Of a DNA stretch of 24,555 nt, positions 9,781 through 18,734 are shown piece after piece. The position numbers were made by a program, and so were the translations under genes. Positions within the stretch are counted from its first letter, which is position 1. Every line of letters begins with the position of its first letter. Source of the DNA: a virus (lineage: Duplodnaviria > Caudoviricetes); the IMG/VR virus record IMGVR_UViG_3300006120_000747, positions 1-24,555 of that record. One strand, given 5' to 3'. The notes under the pieces were generated by a model. The model did no database searches. It was given only the letters and a program-made list of their open reading frames with translations, and was not told where the DNA came from.

Positions 9781-10372
9781 TTTGTTTCCTTTTTAGGGTA
9801 GTTGATAAAATTTCAAATATTTTCAGATTGCCAGCTTCGTCATAATGATTCATCAGCCCTCTATTAGATGCAAAAAGATTATCAAATTTGATCATGTTTT
9901 TGAACTGATACAAACCTTTATAATCTAAATTGGTAATAGAAATAACTCGGTCCTGCACTGGGGTAATAAATCTTTCAATTTCTTGGCATAGCAGAGTATG
10001 TATATCTTTTGCGTAGTCTGTGTCAAAATAGTTTTCAAAATAGTGAACAATAGATCCGAGTTCTTTATTATTAGTCACATGCTCAACCAGATCTGCATAG
10101 ATAAAATCACAGTTATTGTGCAAAGGGTCATGTTGGTGTACTGGATGATGTCGCACATATACTCTATATGGACTGGTATGTGCTATAATAATTTGATCAT
10201 ACTGCTCAAGGTCAGCTGATTTTAATTGCTTGAGTATCTTGTATTCGCTACATCCGGCCTGGGCCAAATTTGTCACATTATATTGCTCGGCCAACATGTT
10301 TGGCCAACCTTTGCCAGAGTATTTTACTGTCCAATCGGCAGCAAAACTGTCTCCACAAATTAATAAATTCAT
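9755..10372 (-). CDS. SGNH/GDSL hydrolase-like protein
   Basis: ICGDSF (block I), NLAQAGCS (block II), C-terminal NH...GN. Confidence 0.65.
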   Translation of the reverse strand: MNLLICGDSFAADWTVKYSGKGWPNMLAEQYNVTNLAQAGCSEYKILKQLKSADLEQYDQIIIAHTSPYRVYVRHHPVHQHDPLHNNCDFIYADLVEHVTNNKELGSIVHYFENYFDTDYAKDIHTLLCQEIERFITPVQDRVISITNLDYKGLYQFKNMIKFDNLFASNRGLMNHYDEAGNLKIFEILSTTLKRKQNGSKTSYP

Positions 10373-10816
10373 TTATATTGCAATAGATAAGTTAGGACGA
10401 GAAATTTCATACTTGATCAAGCATCCATTCTCACCATCTTCGGCGACTTCGATCCACACAGCACGATTGGGATATCTGCTGGCTATTTGTATATATAGGT
10501 CATCTGCAATCATCTCACAACTTTTGTAGTCTAGTGCTAGTATACTATCTTTGTAGAGATTTTCCAACCAGCGTTTGAACTGAATAAACTCGATGTCTCG
10601 GTCGTTGTGGAATACATCGATGTGCAACTTGAAATGAAAAATATGACGGTGAGGAGTACCAAGGAACGAAACATCATATTCATCTCCGGTTGCCAGTTGT
10701 GGATCTGTGGCGGCTGCTGGATAGCAATGCACACCTTCTTTTTGGAATGTGACCCAAATTTTTCTTTCGGCCACAGAACTGATTCTGTCAATGGTCTCTC
10801 TTTGTTCTAAGTTCAT
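10373..10816 (-). CDS. dpdL: QueD-like T-fold protein with DpdL-type signature (putative CDG decarboxylase)
   Basis: LGTPHRHIF = LxxxHRHxF in place of QueD CxxxHGH; IEF..FK, SCEMIA and V.ED segments parallel the PTPS/QueD fold. Confidence 0.7.
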   Translation of the reverse strand: MNLEQRETIDRISSVAERKIWVTFQKEGVHCYPAAATDPQLATGDEYDVSFLGTPHRHIFHFKLHIDVFHNDRDIEFIQFKRWLENLYKDSILALDYKSCEMIADDLYIQIASRYPNRAVWIEVAEDGENGCLIKYEISRPNLSIAI

Positions 10817-11079
10817 AGTTTCAAGCTCTCATAAGTTATAATTTTGCTAATTTCTGTGCCAAGATCTTTGTCTTCGGTGATCACATGCAAGCCCTGCATG
10901 TGACGGTCCTTGCGTTCATCGTAGGCACTGGTTTCAATTACAATGCCACCAGATGCTTTCCAGACCTGCAGTCTAAACCCGCGACTGTCCAAACTGTGAG
11001 AAGCAGTTTCACTGACAGCAAGTATGTCTTGATCGTCGTTGACCCAGTTTCTTAGTTTTCTTTTAATCCATCTCATCAT
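10813..11079 (-). CDS. Hypothetical protein
   Basis: ATGA overlaps at both ends within the operon. Confidence 0.7.
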   Translation of the reverse strand: MMRWIKRKLRNWVNDDQDILAVSETASHSLDSRGFRLQVWKASGGIVIETSAYDERKDRHMQGLHVITEDKDLGTEISKIITYESLKL

Positions 11080-11492
11080 GCATCCTTGTTTAATTTAACA
11101 CCGGCAAGTCCGGCCACTGTTTGAAATTGGTCCCAGGCCATTTTAACTGCAGGAAATCTGTCTAATTCATCACTGGGCAATCCAGTTTCCAGCCAATAGT
11201 AGGGCAAGCGTTTGGGGTTGACTCCAAACTTTCGTGGTTGGTGTAGTCGGCCTGATTCCCAAAGTTCGATACTGACACTACGAAAACGGTCTTCGTCTTC
11301 GGGCGGATAGTTACGCCATTCTGGATTACTCAATCCAAAGCTATCATGATAACCAACCCAAATACTATTCCATTGTGCGTCATCATGCGGATCAAAATCT
11401 GTTCTAGCGATGACAACCAGCACATCTGCAATGTCCACAACTCCGTCAACAATGTCTCTAACACATCGACTATAACTCAATCCAATTTTCAT
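11076..11492 (-). CDS. Hypothetical phage protein
   Basis: ATGA overlaps at both ends; no motif recognised. Confidence 0.75.
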   Translation of the reverse strand: MKIGLSYSRCVRDIVDGVVDIADVLVVIARTDFDPHDDAQWNSIWVGYHDSFGLSNPEWRNYPPEDEDRFRSVSIELWESGRLHQPRKFGVNPKRLPYYWLETGLPSDELDRFPAVKMAWDQFQTVAGLAGVKLNKDA

Positions 11493-12007
11493 ACAGTTTC
11501 ATCTTTGCTATATTGTGACCAATTGGTAAATCGTCTACGATCTTGTAGTTCATGCAAACTATGGCACCATACACCAGGATTGGTTGCGTTGAAGTCTCGG
11601 TCGTCTATTTTGATTGTAGCATTGTAACCAAACTGATTGATGTACGGCAGTTTGACTGATATCATGGGAATAAAGTTATGATATTCCGTTAGTCCAGATT
11701 CCAACAATCCTTCGGCACAAGTCACATCGATGTCTAATGTGCACAAGTAATCATGCTCTAGAAAAAACTTGATCATGGTTTCCCAAGGACGCCATGCATC
11801 AACATCATTGACATCGCACTTTGGAAAGCTCTGGTTTGCACCAAAATAGATATGTTCAACTGGTGCACTGCCAACGGTTAAACGCAATCTAATGTGTTCG
11901 ATATCCTGAACACCAACTACAAACAGTGTGTATCGGCCGTAAGCAGGAGTATGTTCTACTTCGTTGCCGTAGAAGAATCGTGTATTTTCGTGGCCTTCTC
12001 TATTCAT
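11489..12007 (-). CDS. Hypothetical protein, possibly a degenerate QueE/radical-SAM-fold protein lacking CxxxCxxC
   Basis: ATGA-coupled to the TGT-like gene. The order FFYGNEVE..AYG..TLFV / HIYFGANQ / CTLDIDVT / MISVKLP echoes QueE IFYSIQGEG..G..AVFV / VVITGGEP / IETNGT / ISPK. The CDS is secure; the fold call is tentative. Confidence 0.6.
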   Translation of the reverse strand: MNREGHENTRFFYGNEVEHTPAYGRYTLFVVGVQDIEHIRLRLTVGSAPVEHIYFGANQSFPKCDVNDVDAWRPWETMIKFFLEHDYLCTLDIDVTCAEGLLESGLTEYHNFIPMISVKLPYINQFGYNATIKIDDRDFNATNPGVWCHSLHELQDRRRFTNWSQYSKDETV

Positions 12008-13557
12008 TCTTGTTCCTGTTCCAGTTGATCTAATGCTGACTCGTCTAATTGTACACTATCATCCGATTCTGAGTCAACACTGGTTTCTTCAATTTCAAAG
12101 AATTGATCAAACATGGGACGCCCGCTGAGTGCTTTTTTGCCCTTGAATCCGCGAGTGCCAATGATGTCCATCCAGTATCTACTGTAGTATTCAATGATAG
12201 ACTCTGATTCTGTACGATCGGGTGTGGCAAATATAGCATCCACAATCTCTTGGAATTTCGAGTGATCGCCATTTTCATACCACAACATGTTGGGATAGTT
12301 TCCTGTGTCGAACTCTCTGTTGGCACGTTGAACTGATTCTATATGTGTCCAAACATTGTGCCCCATAAGCAGCATGTAACTAAAACTGTCCCAGCTTGTT
12401 TTACCTTCTTTGCCGTTTTTGTTTAGATCGCCGGGCTTGTATACACAAACATCTTTGACTTGCAATTGTGCACTGATCGGCGACTCATCAAAATGTTTCA
12501 CCAAGCCATCTTGGAGCACCGCATCACGATATGTTCTTGTGTCTGTGGAATACTTCTTATCATCTACAATAGGGCTCATTCTATAACTCCATTTGCCATT
12601 GTGCGGTAGATCAATATGATGATACACCTGTCCATTGGCAGTGGCAAGGAATGGGCTGGCACAATCAAAGCTTATAGTAAAGTTTGGATTAACATACTTT
12701 CTAACTGCTCTTTGAATCACGGTGAGTAACACAGCCCATTCCAACTTTGATGTGCCCAAGAAGTGCATCCAATCGTGTATGCCTGTTTGTAGCAAATTGT
12801 CATGACGCAATGCTACCAGTCGTTTGAGCACAAGATGCACATCGCACATGTTTTGACCACCCATTGACCAACCGTTAAAATGTGTGTCTGGATAGATTGA
12901 GGGATCGCAGTACTGTTTCATGTCTTGATACCAACGTTCGGCATCGGCATGATTGGCACCTTGCAACACATTGAGAATCTTCATGCCGCCATTAGCAACA
13001 CCTCGACGATGTTTCATCCAGTATTCGTTGTTGAACTTGGTAGCTTCTACTGCTTGTTTTAATGTTCGGATTCCGCAGGCTTCGCCGGCTTTTTTATCAT
13101 GTATGACCCAGGTCGGAATATCTAGTGTCATGCCATAGTCACAAATACCATCCAGCCACTTTAACACTGCTTCTCTGCGCTTTTGTGCTTTGGGACAGCC
13201 CGAGTTGGCTTTCCAGTCGCCTTCCCAAAGGCCTTTGGCAATCTGGAATCCACCTGAATCTCCCAGCATGAGTGTGCCAGGCTCTCTGGCTCGCACCATG
13301 TCTTCTGAAGGATCTGACTTGGTAAGATCTAGGTTGGCATGACCACCAGAATACAGGCTCCAACGATAGGGAAACAATGCTTGTTGGCTGTTGAGCCAAT
13401 TCATCTGTTCCATGTCTTGTATTCCTGCTGGCATTCGAGCAGGGTCTACATAGGCTCCTGCACGTTGTTTGCCCACAAAAGTAGCATAAAAACCGCTGAT
13501 GGCTGGCAAGAATACAGCGTAGTCGCTTTGCTTGGCAGTTAGATTGTCTTGCGTCAC
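12004..13557 (-). CDS. dpdA: tRNA-guanine-transglycosylase-like (DpdA-type) 7-deazaguanine base-exchange enzyme
   Basis: TGT motifs in order: DSGGFQ (catalytic Asp), MTLDIP, VLQG, GWSMGG, HFLG, SFDCASP (second Asp). No CxCxxC zinc site seen. The GTG start overlaps the clamp TGA. Confidence 0.8.
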   Translation of the reverse strand: MTQDNLTAKQSDYAVFLPAISGFYATFVGKQRAGAYVDPARMPAGIQDMEQMNWLNSQQALFPYRWSLYSGGHANLDLTKSDPSEDMVRAREPGTLMLGDSGGFQIAKGLWEGDWKANSGCPKAQKRREAVLKWLDGICDYGMTLDIPTWVIHDKKAGEACGIRTLKQAVEATKFNNEYWMKHRRGVANGGMKILNVLQGANHADAERWYQDMKQYCDPSIYPDTHFNGWSMGGQNMCDVHLVLKRLVALRHDNLLQTGIHDWMHFLGTSKLEWAVLLTVIQRAVRKYVNPNFTISFDCASPFLATANGQVYHHIDLPHNGKWSYRMSPIVDDKKYSTDTRTYRDAVLQDGLVKHFDESPISAQLQVKDVCVYKPGDLNKNGKEGKTSWDSFSYMLLMGHNVWTHIESVQRANREFDTGNYPNMLWYENGDHSKFQEIVDAIFATPDRTESESIIEYYSRYWMDIIGTRGFKGKKALSGRPMFDQFFEIEETSVDSESDDSVQLDESALDQLEQEQE

Positions 13558-14276
13558 TTGGTCAATGCTAGTAAAATGTAGTTGTACGTTGCCAGCCCAC
13601 TATCCACGGTGATCTGAGCGCACCCGTCATCACTGATACTGAATGTTTTGTCGCCAGTCAAACTCAAAATATTCATCACAGTTTTGATAGAGTAACTCCA
13701 TGATCGTTTGAGTTGACCAGAGACTCCTGTGTGGAAAACAAAGTTGCCAGAGTGTGTGCTGTGATCACCAAACGAAAACACTAGATTTCCGTTGTCAGTT
13801 TTGACTTGAAAACTGGTTTCCTCACTGTGTGCTTGAGCCTGCATTCTGAATCGTTGAACTGCAACCACTGTGGGCACAAACGACACATGCCAGGTAGCAC
13901 CTCTGAATTTTGGTGTTTTTACCTGTTGGTCAACTACGCCAGATGTCATAAATCTGTAGTTGTTTTTAAAGTCCCCAGAGTTGTTGGCAAAATCAATTCC
14001 GTCGGGCTCTCCTGTGGCTTTGTGCGTAACTGTAAGTGTGCTGTTTTCTTTGTAGGCATCCAAGTTTAGCAAAATTTTCAGCTTTCCCAAATTGGGCATA
14101 CCAAACGTGCCTACAAACTTTGGTTCCGGCACTGCAAACTTTGCATCAAGTACCACTGATTGATCAGTACCAACCCCTACCACTTCTGTGCCATTGGCAT
14201 CCCCAGTGACTTTGATCAGCTCAATACAGCCCAAATCGTGCGTGTGTTCTACCAAATCTAATAGATTATCTTTCAT
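13554..14276 (-). CDS. Sliding clamp (T4 gp45/PCNA-like DNA polymerase processivity factor)
   Basis: 240 aa, beta-rich two-domain pattern (FG..NL.KL..LL; FSISDDGCAQITVDSGLATYNYIL), near the DNA polymerase; AGGAG SD. Confidence 0.7.
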   Translation of the reverse strand: MKDNLLDLVEHTHDLGCIELIKVTGDANGTEVVGVGTDQSVVLDAKFAVPEPKFVGTFGMPNLGKLKILLNLDAYKENSTLTVTHKATGEPDGIDFANNSGDFKNNYRFMTSGVVDQQVKTPKFRGATWHVSFVPTVVAVQRFRMQAQAHSEETSFQVKTDNGNLVFSFGDHSTHSGNFVFHTGVSGQLKRSWSYSIKTVMNILSLTGDKTFSISDDGCAQITVDSGLATYNYILLALTK

Positions 14277-14299
14277 GTGTATATGTTCTCCTGTTGTTT

Positions 14300-14328
14300 A
14301 TTATAACGGTTGTATTTAGATTTTGCAA
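14300..14328 (-). promoter_or_regulatory. sigma70-type promoter (TTGCAA-17 bp-TATAAT) for the clamp-dpdA operon, with TCTAAATA in the spacer
   Basis: -35 at 14328-14323, -10 at 14305-14300, TCTAAATA at 14320-14313. Confidence 0.75.
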
Positions 14329-14348
14329 GCCAATAGAATAAAATATTC

Positions 14349-15035
14349 TTACTCATCAAAATATTTTTTAATTAATTGCCTAGTGATATGTTGTTTAAAT
14401 TTTATCAATTCTGGATAGTTTAAATGCGTGGTTTTCCATTGAGAATATAAAATTTCAATAGCATCCATTTCGTCTGAATTGATTTTATGATCAATAATAG
14501 CACATATTTTATAAAATTCTTCACAAAAACTATCATAGTCACTGATGATTTTTTGCAAATTGATTTTGTAAACTTCTGGATGTTGCAACATCAATTTGCC
14601 TTCCTTGAACCATAATTCACTGTGAAAACTATTTTTCCAATAAGCATTCATAATGCACCATTCATAACAGTCAGTGGGATCTATATAAAACACAAATCGC
14701 TGATCGTCATTGCCTAGTATGCTATTGCACCATACAGGATCTTTAGGATGCGACAAAAACACACCAACTGCACCAGATGGTATGTCGTTGTGTTTGACTT
14801 TGACATAGTATTCAAGAGGTCGATGTTCAAAGTCAATCCAAGATTGCCCTGCATAGTGATCAAAATTCAACACAGACTGATAAGATAGTAATTTAAATTT
14901 TTCATCCAAAGTTGTAGGGATGCCTTGTTTTCGGTCTGACCATGCCACTACTCCTGTGAGTAAATTCAAACATCGACTGATAAAATTTCCGGCAGCACCT
15001 GGTATAAAATGAATAAAAACAAATTTGTTTGACAT
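14349..15035 (-). CDS. Hypothetical protein, possibly P-loop/sulfotransferase-like fold
   Basis: N-terminal strand-loop-helix FIHFIPGAAGNFISRCL; AT-rich; weak assignment. Confidence 0.5.
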   Translation of the reverse strand: MSNKFVFIHFIPGAAGNFISRCLNLLTGVVAWSDRKQGIPTTLDEKFKLLSYQSVLNFDHYAGQSWIDFEHRPLEYYVKVKHNDIPSGAVGVFLSHPKDPVWCNSILGNDDQRFVFYIDPTDCYEWCIMNAYWKNSFHSELWFKEGKLMLQHPEVYKINLQKIISDYDSFCEEFYKICAIIDHKINSDEMDAIEILYSQWKTTHLNYPELIKFKQHITRQLIKKYFDE

Positions 15036-15036
15036 G

Positions 15037-16074
15037 TTATTGTTTATAGGTAATCTTGGCCAACGTTTGGCCGCCTTTGATACTGGCCAATCCTCCAGGT
15101 TTTTGTAATTCTATCCAGGTGTTGTCTTCTTCATCAAGTCGAAAAATACATTTATATCCAATATTTTTTGCCATATTTAATAGTATATGTCCAGGAGTGT
15201 AACAGGCACTGTGATTTTCTACTAGACCCACAGCAAAATATCGATCACAATCGTTAAAAGTCATACCTACTACTCCGCCTGGTCGTAACAGTTGAAAAAT
15301 TTCTTCAAGGTATTGTTTGATTACTTCAAACGGTCTATAATTAAAATAATTAAACGCCAAGAAAAAAACAAATTGCTTGCTAGGTAGTTTATCTAATATG
15401 GGTCTTTTTGGAACTTCGTTGATCACATAAGTTCTCAATCTGTTTTGATATTGTGTGTTGAATTGTTGCACAGTCGGGGTCAGCAAGTCTGGATGCTCAT
15501 CTATTAGATATAATGGATCATTGGCTACCATGGTATTAATAAAAGGTATATGTGCAGGGCGTAGTACTGCAGCCGGATATTGCCAATCAGTGTAACTTAG
15601 AGTACGATCATTAATGGCTTTTATAAAATCTTCTGATGCTAAAGATTTTTGATTTGTTATTGATTTTACAGTGTCTGCAATATAACTGTGATTCCATTCA
15701 GTTGCAGGTAGTGTTTTTAAAACTCCCCACGGAGTCACATACGGAGCAGTATAAAACCCGGATTCTTGATATAAATTTATTTTGGTATAGTAATTTTCAA
15801 TACTGGTTTGATAGTAGTATAATTCGCGTTGAGCAATATATTTTTGCAGTTGTTCTTGAAATTCTGTCACTGATTCGTTTATCGAGTCAAACGCACATTG
15901 CAGTTGATTATATTCTTCTTGTATTTTGTTTTTGTACTCATTGGGCAAAAACTGTTGTACTTCGGTTAAACGTATAATTTTTTGCAAATCAGCATTGGTT
16001 GATACTCTGATCAGTGCTATAGATGCTATGTTGTCTAGCAGATTTTTAAATGCAACAATTTCGCTTAGTTTCAT
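15037..16074 (-). CDS. Coiled-coil N-terminus plus class I SAM-dependent methyltransferase-like domain
   Basis: C-terminal LP..QF.F..AFNYFNY...YLEEIFQLLRPGG...MTF. Start placed at ATG 16074 (TAATG overlap with the polymerase stop). Confidence 0.65.
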   Translation of the reverse strand: MKLSEIVAFKNLLDNIASIALIRVSTNADLQKIIRLTEVQQFLPNEYKNKIQEEYNQLQCAFDSINESVTEFQEQLQKYIAQRELYYYQTSIENYYTKINLYQESGFYTAPYVTPWGVLKTLPATEWNHSYIADTVKSITNQKSLASEDFIKAINDRTLSYTDWQYPAAVLRPAHIPFINTMVANDPLYLIDEHPDLLTPTVQQFNTQYQNRLRTYVINEVPKRPILDKLPSKQFVFFLAFNYFNYRPFEVIKQYLEEIFQLLRPGGVVGMTFNDCDRYFAVGLVENHSACYTPGHILLNMAKNIGYKCIFRLDEEDNTWIELQKPGGLASIKGGQTLAKITYKQ

Positions 16075-18734
16075 TAAGACCAATCAAATAGTGTTTGAAA
16101 TGTGTTTTCTGTGTTGGTAGAACTGGCAAGATCCCAATTGAGAACTCCTAGTAGATTGTCAATTTTTTGATCAACAACGGTGGCTTCCATTTCTGAATCG
16201 TCAAACGGCAAGTCTTTGAACCATTGCGGCAAGTGCATTTCGTCTGTGGGATATCCTATACTGGTCCAGCCCAGTGCATTGGATTTTAGTTTGCACACAA
16301 TAGTTTTCATACCATCTACTACCTGCATGCTATAGTTGTCACCGTTCATCTTTCGCATGGCATTCCAGTTAATGGCAGCTCTAACATGCCCAGGCATGTT
16401 TGCACGACCTAGACGTTCTTCTTCTTTGGCGTACTTGGTCAAGTTATTGACACGCTTGGGCGATCCCTTTTCCCACCCGGGACGTTCAGCAAATTCATAT
16501 TTGAATTCTCGGATACGGTCAATAATGGCATCACGTTGTGCTCCACTCAACACACTGTTTAAAATTTCCAACAAGAAATCCTGGATGACTTTGGGGGTAT
16601 CGCTACGCTTCAAGTCCAAGCCCATGGCTTTTGTTTTGCCAGGTTTGCCGTCGATATCTAAACGTCGGCCTTCTAAATCAATGATATTAACTGCATATCG
16701 TTTTTTTGTGATAAACAAACTGCGATCTGCCACAAGTTCTCTGCCGGCCCGGATAAGTTCTCCGGCTCCTCTAGGACAATGAAATGCCTGTTCCATAAAA
16801 GCAGGAAAACTTTGATTGACCTGTTCAGCAATACTATCGTACAACGCAATGCAAGTTTCTTTGGACCATTCCATACGGCCAGCTTCAACTTCGGATTTCA
16901 GCACAGGCCACGCACTAAAGTAACATGAGTCTGTATCACCGTATATGATAGCTTCACCTACATGGTCGTACTTGCCAGTTATGCATTCATTGATGTGTGC
17001 ATCCATGTGTCTGGCAATAGCTCGTCCTGTTAGTGTGGTAGATTGACCAATTCTATGATCAAAGAATCTGCATCCAGGATTTAAAATAGCACCATATAAT
17101 GAATTTAAGTTAATCTTTTTAACCAACTGACGCTTGTCCCAAAATGCTTCTTCTTTTTTATCTCGGGCTTCTTTTTTCTTGGCCTGCATTTCTTTGCGTT
17201 CAGCATACCATCGTTCCAGCAAGCCAGGTATAATACCCTTGCGTTCGTAGGTCACGATGGTGCCATTGGCGGTCAGCATCCAAGGCTGATTTGAATCAAA
17301 TATCATTGACCAGATTTCTGCAGCACTGTGCACAGTTTCATTGCCATCTTGCCAATCAATGGTAATTTCTGTACCACGTTGTTGTTCCATGACCGCAGTG
17401 TATTCCAGACTGCCAAATAAGCCTTCCCAGGCCATGGCAAAACTACTTTTGTTGTCGATCTTTTCTTTGATGTATCTGTCGGTCATGATTGGACGCAGTT
17501 GTCCCACAATGGTTTCTGGCCCCATGTTCAGTGCACGAATAGCCGATGGATACAGTGAGTTGATGTCAACTGATCCTATCCACTCGTGTATGCCTTTTTT
17601 TGGATACGCCACATAGGCACCTGCGGCCTGTGTGTCGTCATCTGTTAGCCGTTGTTGACGGTTGGGCACAACCATACCACGTTCGTGTGCTTCATTGATA
17701 ATGGCCTGTTCGGTTACTGCCACTGCACCCATGGTGGTTTGTAATAACACAGTATTGGCATGTGCAAGTTCATTGGCTAGATCTAAGAATCGCAATTTTT
17801 GATCCAGTTTGTGCAATAACAATGTATCTTGGCGATTGTACTCTAAAAATGTTTTAAAGTTTTGATTGTACAACTGATCCAGGGTACCTTCAAACTGTGT
17901 TTTGCGTTCATCCAGTTCATATTCGCCAATGGCATCTAGACTGTAACTGTGGCGTTCTTCATAGGTATATTTGCGATACAGTTGCATGTAATCCATGTGT
18001 ACGCGGCCAATCAAATCATATGTTTGATTCTCTGCACCAAAACGCTCAAACATACGTGGTTTGGGATATTGATTCCACAGACAAAATCTACGGGTGTCAT
18101 CTTTGTTTAACACACGAGTCACACGATTCACTGTGTAAGGAATATCATAGCCTTCTGAGTTCCACCCTGATAGTGCATCTGCATCTTCGATTAAATCCAA
18201 GAATGTTTTTAACATTTCCTCTTCACGCTCAAACAACATGCAGTTTTCAAAAGTAGCCGCAATTTCCTCTGCAGTGGCCCAGCTCATGTGTTTGGGAGGC
18301 ACAGCCAATGTGACCAATTGATCCAGCCAGGTCAGATACAATGATATGGCAGTGATGGGATTAAATGGGTCAGACACAGGTGAAAATCCACGCTCGGGAT
18401 CAAATGCTACTTCAATGTCAAAAAATGCCACATTAAGTTCCGGAGCATCCTGTCCAATATAATTTTCACTCAGGCACCTAAATACAGGATTTATATCACT
18501 TTCGTATAGATTTTTGTGTGACTGAGCACGAACTTCTTTGCGAAATTCTTTATTGTTGCGTGTGCTAAATCTTGACACCGGGGTGCCATAGATACTGGTA
18601 AATTTACCTCGAGGATCGTCGTAGTAGAATATGTAGTTGGCTGGAAATTCACGATATTCTCGTACACCATTTCGTCTCTCAACTACATGTATACGATCAT
18701 GTTCTCGGTCATACAATGCATCAATGTAACTTAT
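16074..18734 (-). CDS. Family B DNA polymerase (T4 gp43-like)
   Basis: ExoI FFDIE, ExoII GWNSEGYD, ExoIII YNRQD, motif A DINSLYPS, motif B KINLNSLYG, motif C YGDTDS, KKRY. Start proposed at ATA 18734 (MSYIDALYD) behind GGAGA; the track's TTG 18716 is the alternative. Confidence 0.97.
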   Translation of the reverse strand: MSYIDALYDREHDRIHVVERRNGVREYREFPANYIFYYDDPRGKFTSIYGTPVSRFSTRNNKEFRKEVRAQSHKNLYESDINPVFRCLSENYIGQDAPELNVAFFDIEVAFDPERGFSPVSDPFNPITAISLYLTWLDQLVTLAVPPKHMSWATAEEIAATFENCMLFEREEEMLKTFLDLIEDADALSGWNSEGYDIPYTVNRVTRVLNKDDTRRFCLWNQYPKPRMFERFGAENQTYDLIGRVHMDYMQLYRKYTYEERHSYSLDAIGEYELDERKTQFEGTLDQLYNQNFKTFLEYNRQDTLLLHKLDQKLRFLDLANELAHANTVLLQTTMGAVAVTEQAIINEAHERGMVVPNRQQRLTDDDTQAAGAYVAYPKKGIHEWIGSVDINSLYPSAIRALNMGPETIVGQLRPIMTDRYIKEKIDNKSSFAMAWEGLFGSLEYTAVMEQQRGTEITIDWQDGNETVHSAAEIWSMIFDSNQPWMLTANGTIVTYERKGIIPGLLERWYAERKEMQAKKKEARDKKEEAFWDKRQLVKKINLNSLYGAILNPGCRFFDHRIGQSTTLTGRAIARHMDAHINECITGKYDHVGEAIIYGDTDSCYFSAWPVLKSEVEAGRMEWSKETCIALYDSIAEQVNQSFPAFMEQAFHCPRGAGELIRAGRELVADRSLFITKKRYAVNIIDLEGRRLDIDGKPGKTKAMGLDLKRSDTPKVIQDFLLEILNSVLSGAQRDAIIDRIREFKYEFAERPGWEKGSPKRVNNLTKYAKEEERLGRANMPGHVRAAINWNAMRKMNGDNYSMQVVDGMKTIVCKLKSNALGWTSIGYPTDEMHLPQWFKDLPFDDSEMEATVVDQKIDNLLGVLNWDLASSTNTENTFQTLFDWS

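Noticed and set aside
12004-13557. Canonical tRNA-modifying tgt
   Set aside because: Lacks the zinc-binding CxCxxC motif, is much longer than bacterial Tgt and is coupled to a replication gene; a DNA-acting DpdA type fits better, though an RNA target is not formally excluded.
16074-18734. Intein or intron in the DNA polymerase
   Set aside because: Continuous ORF of normal gp43-like length with motifs A, B and C uninterrupted.
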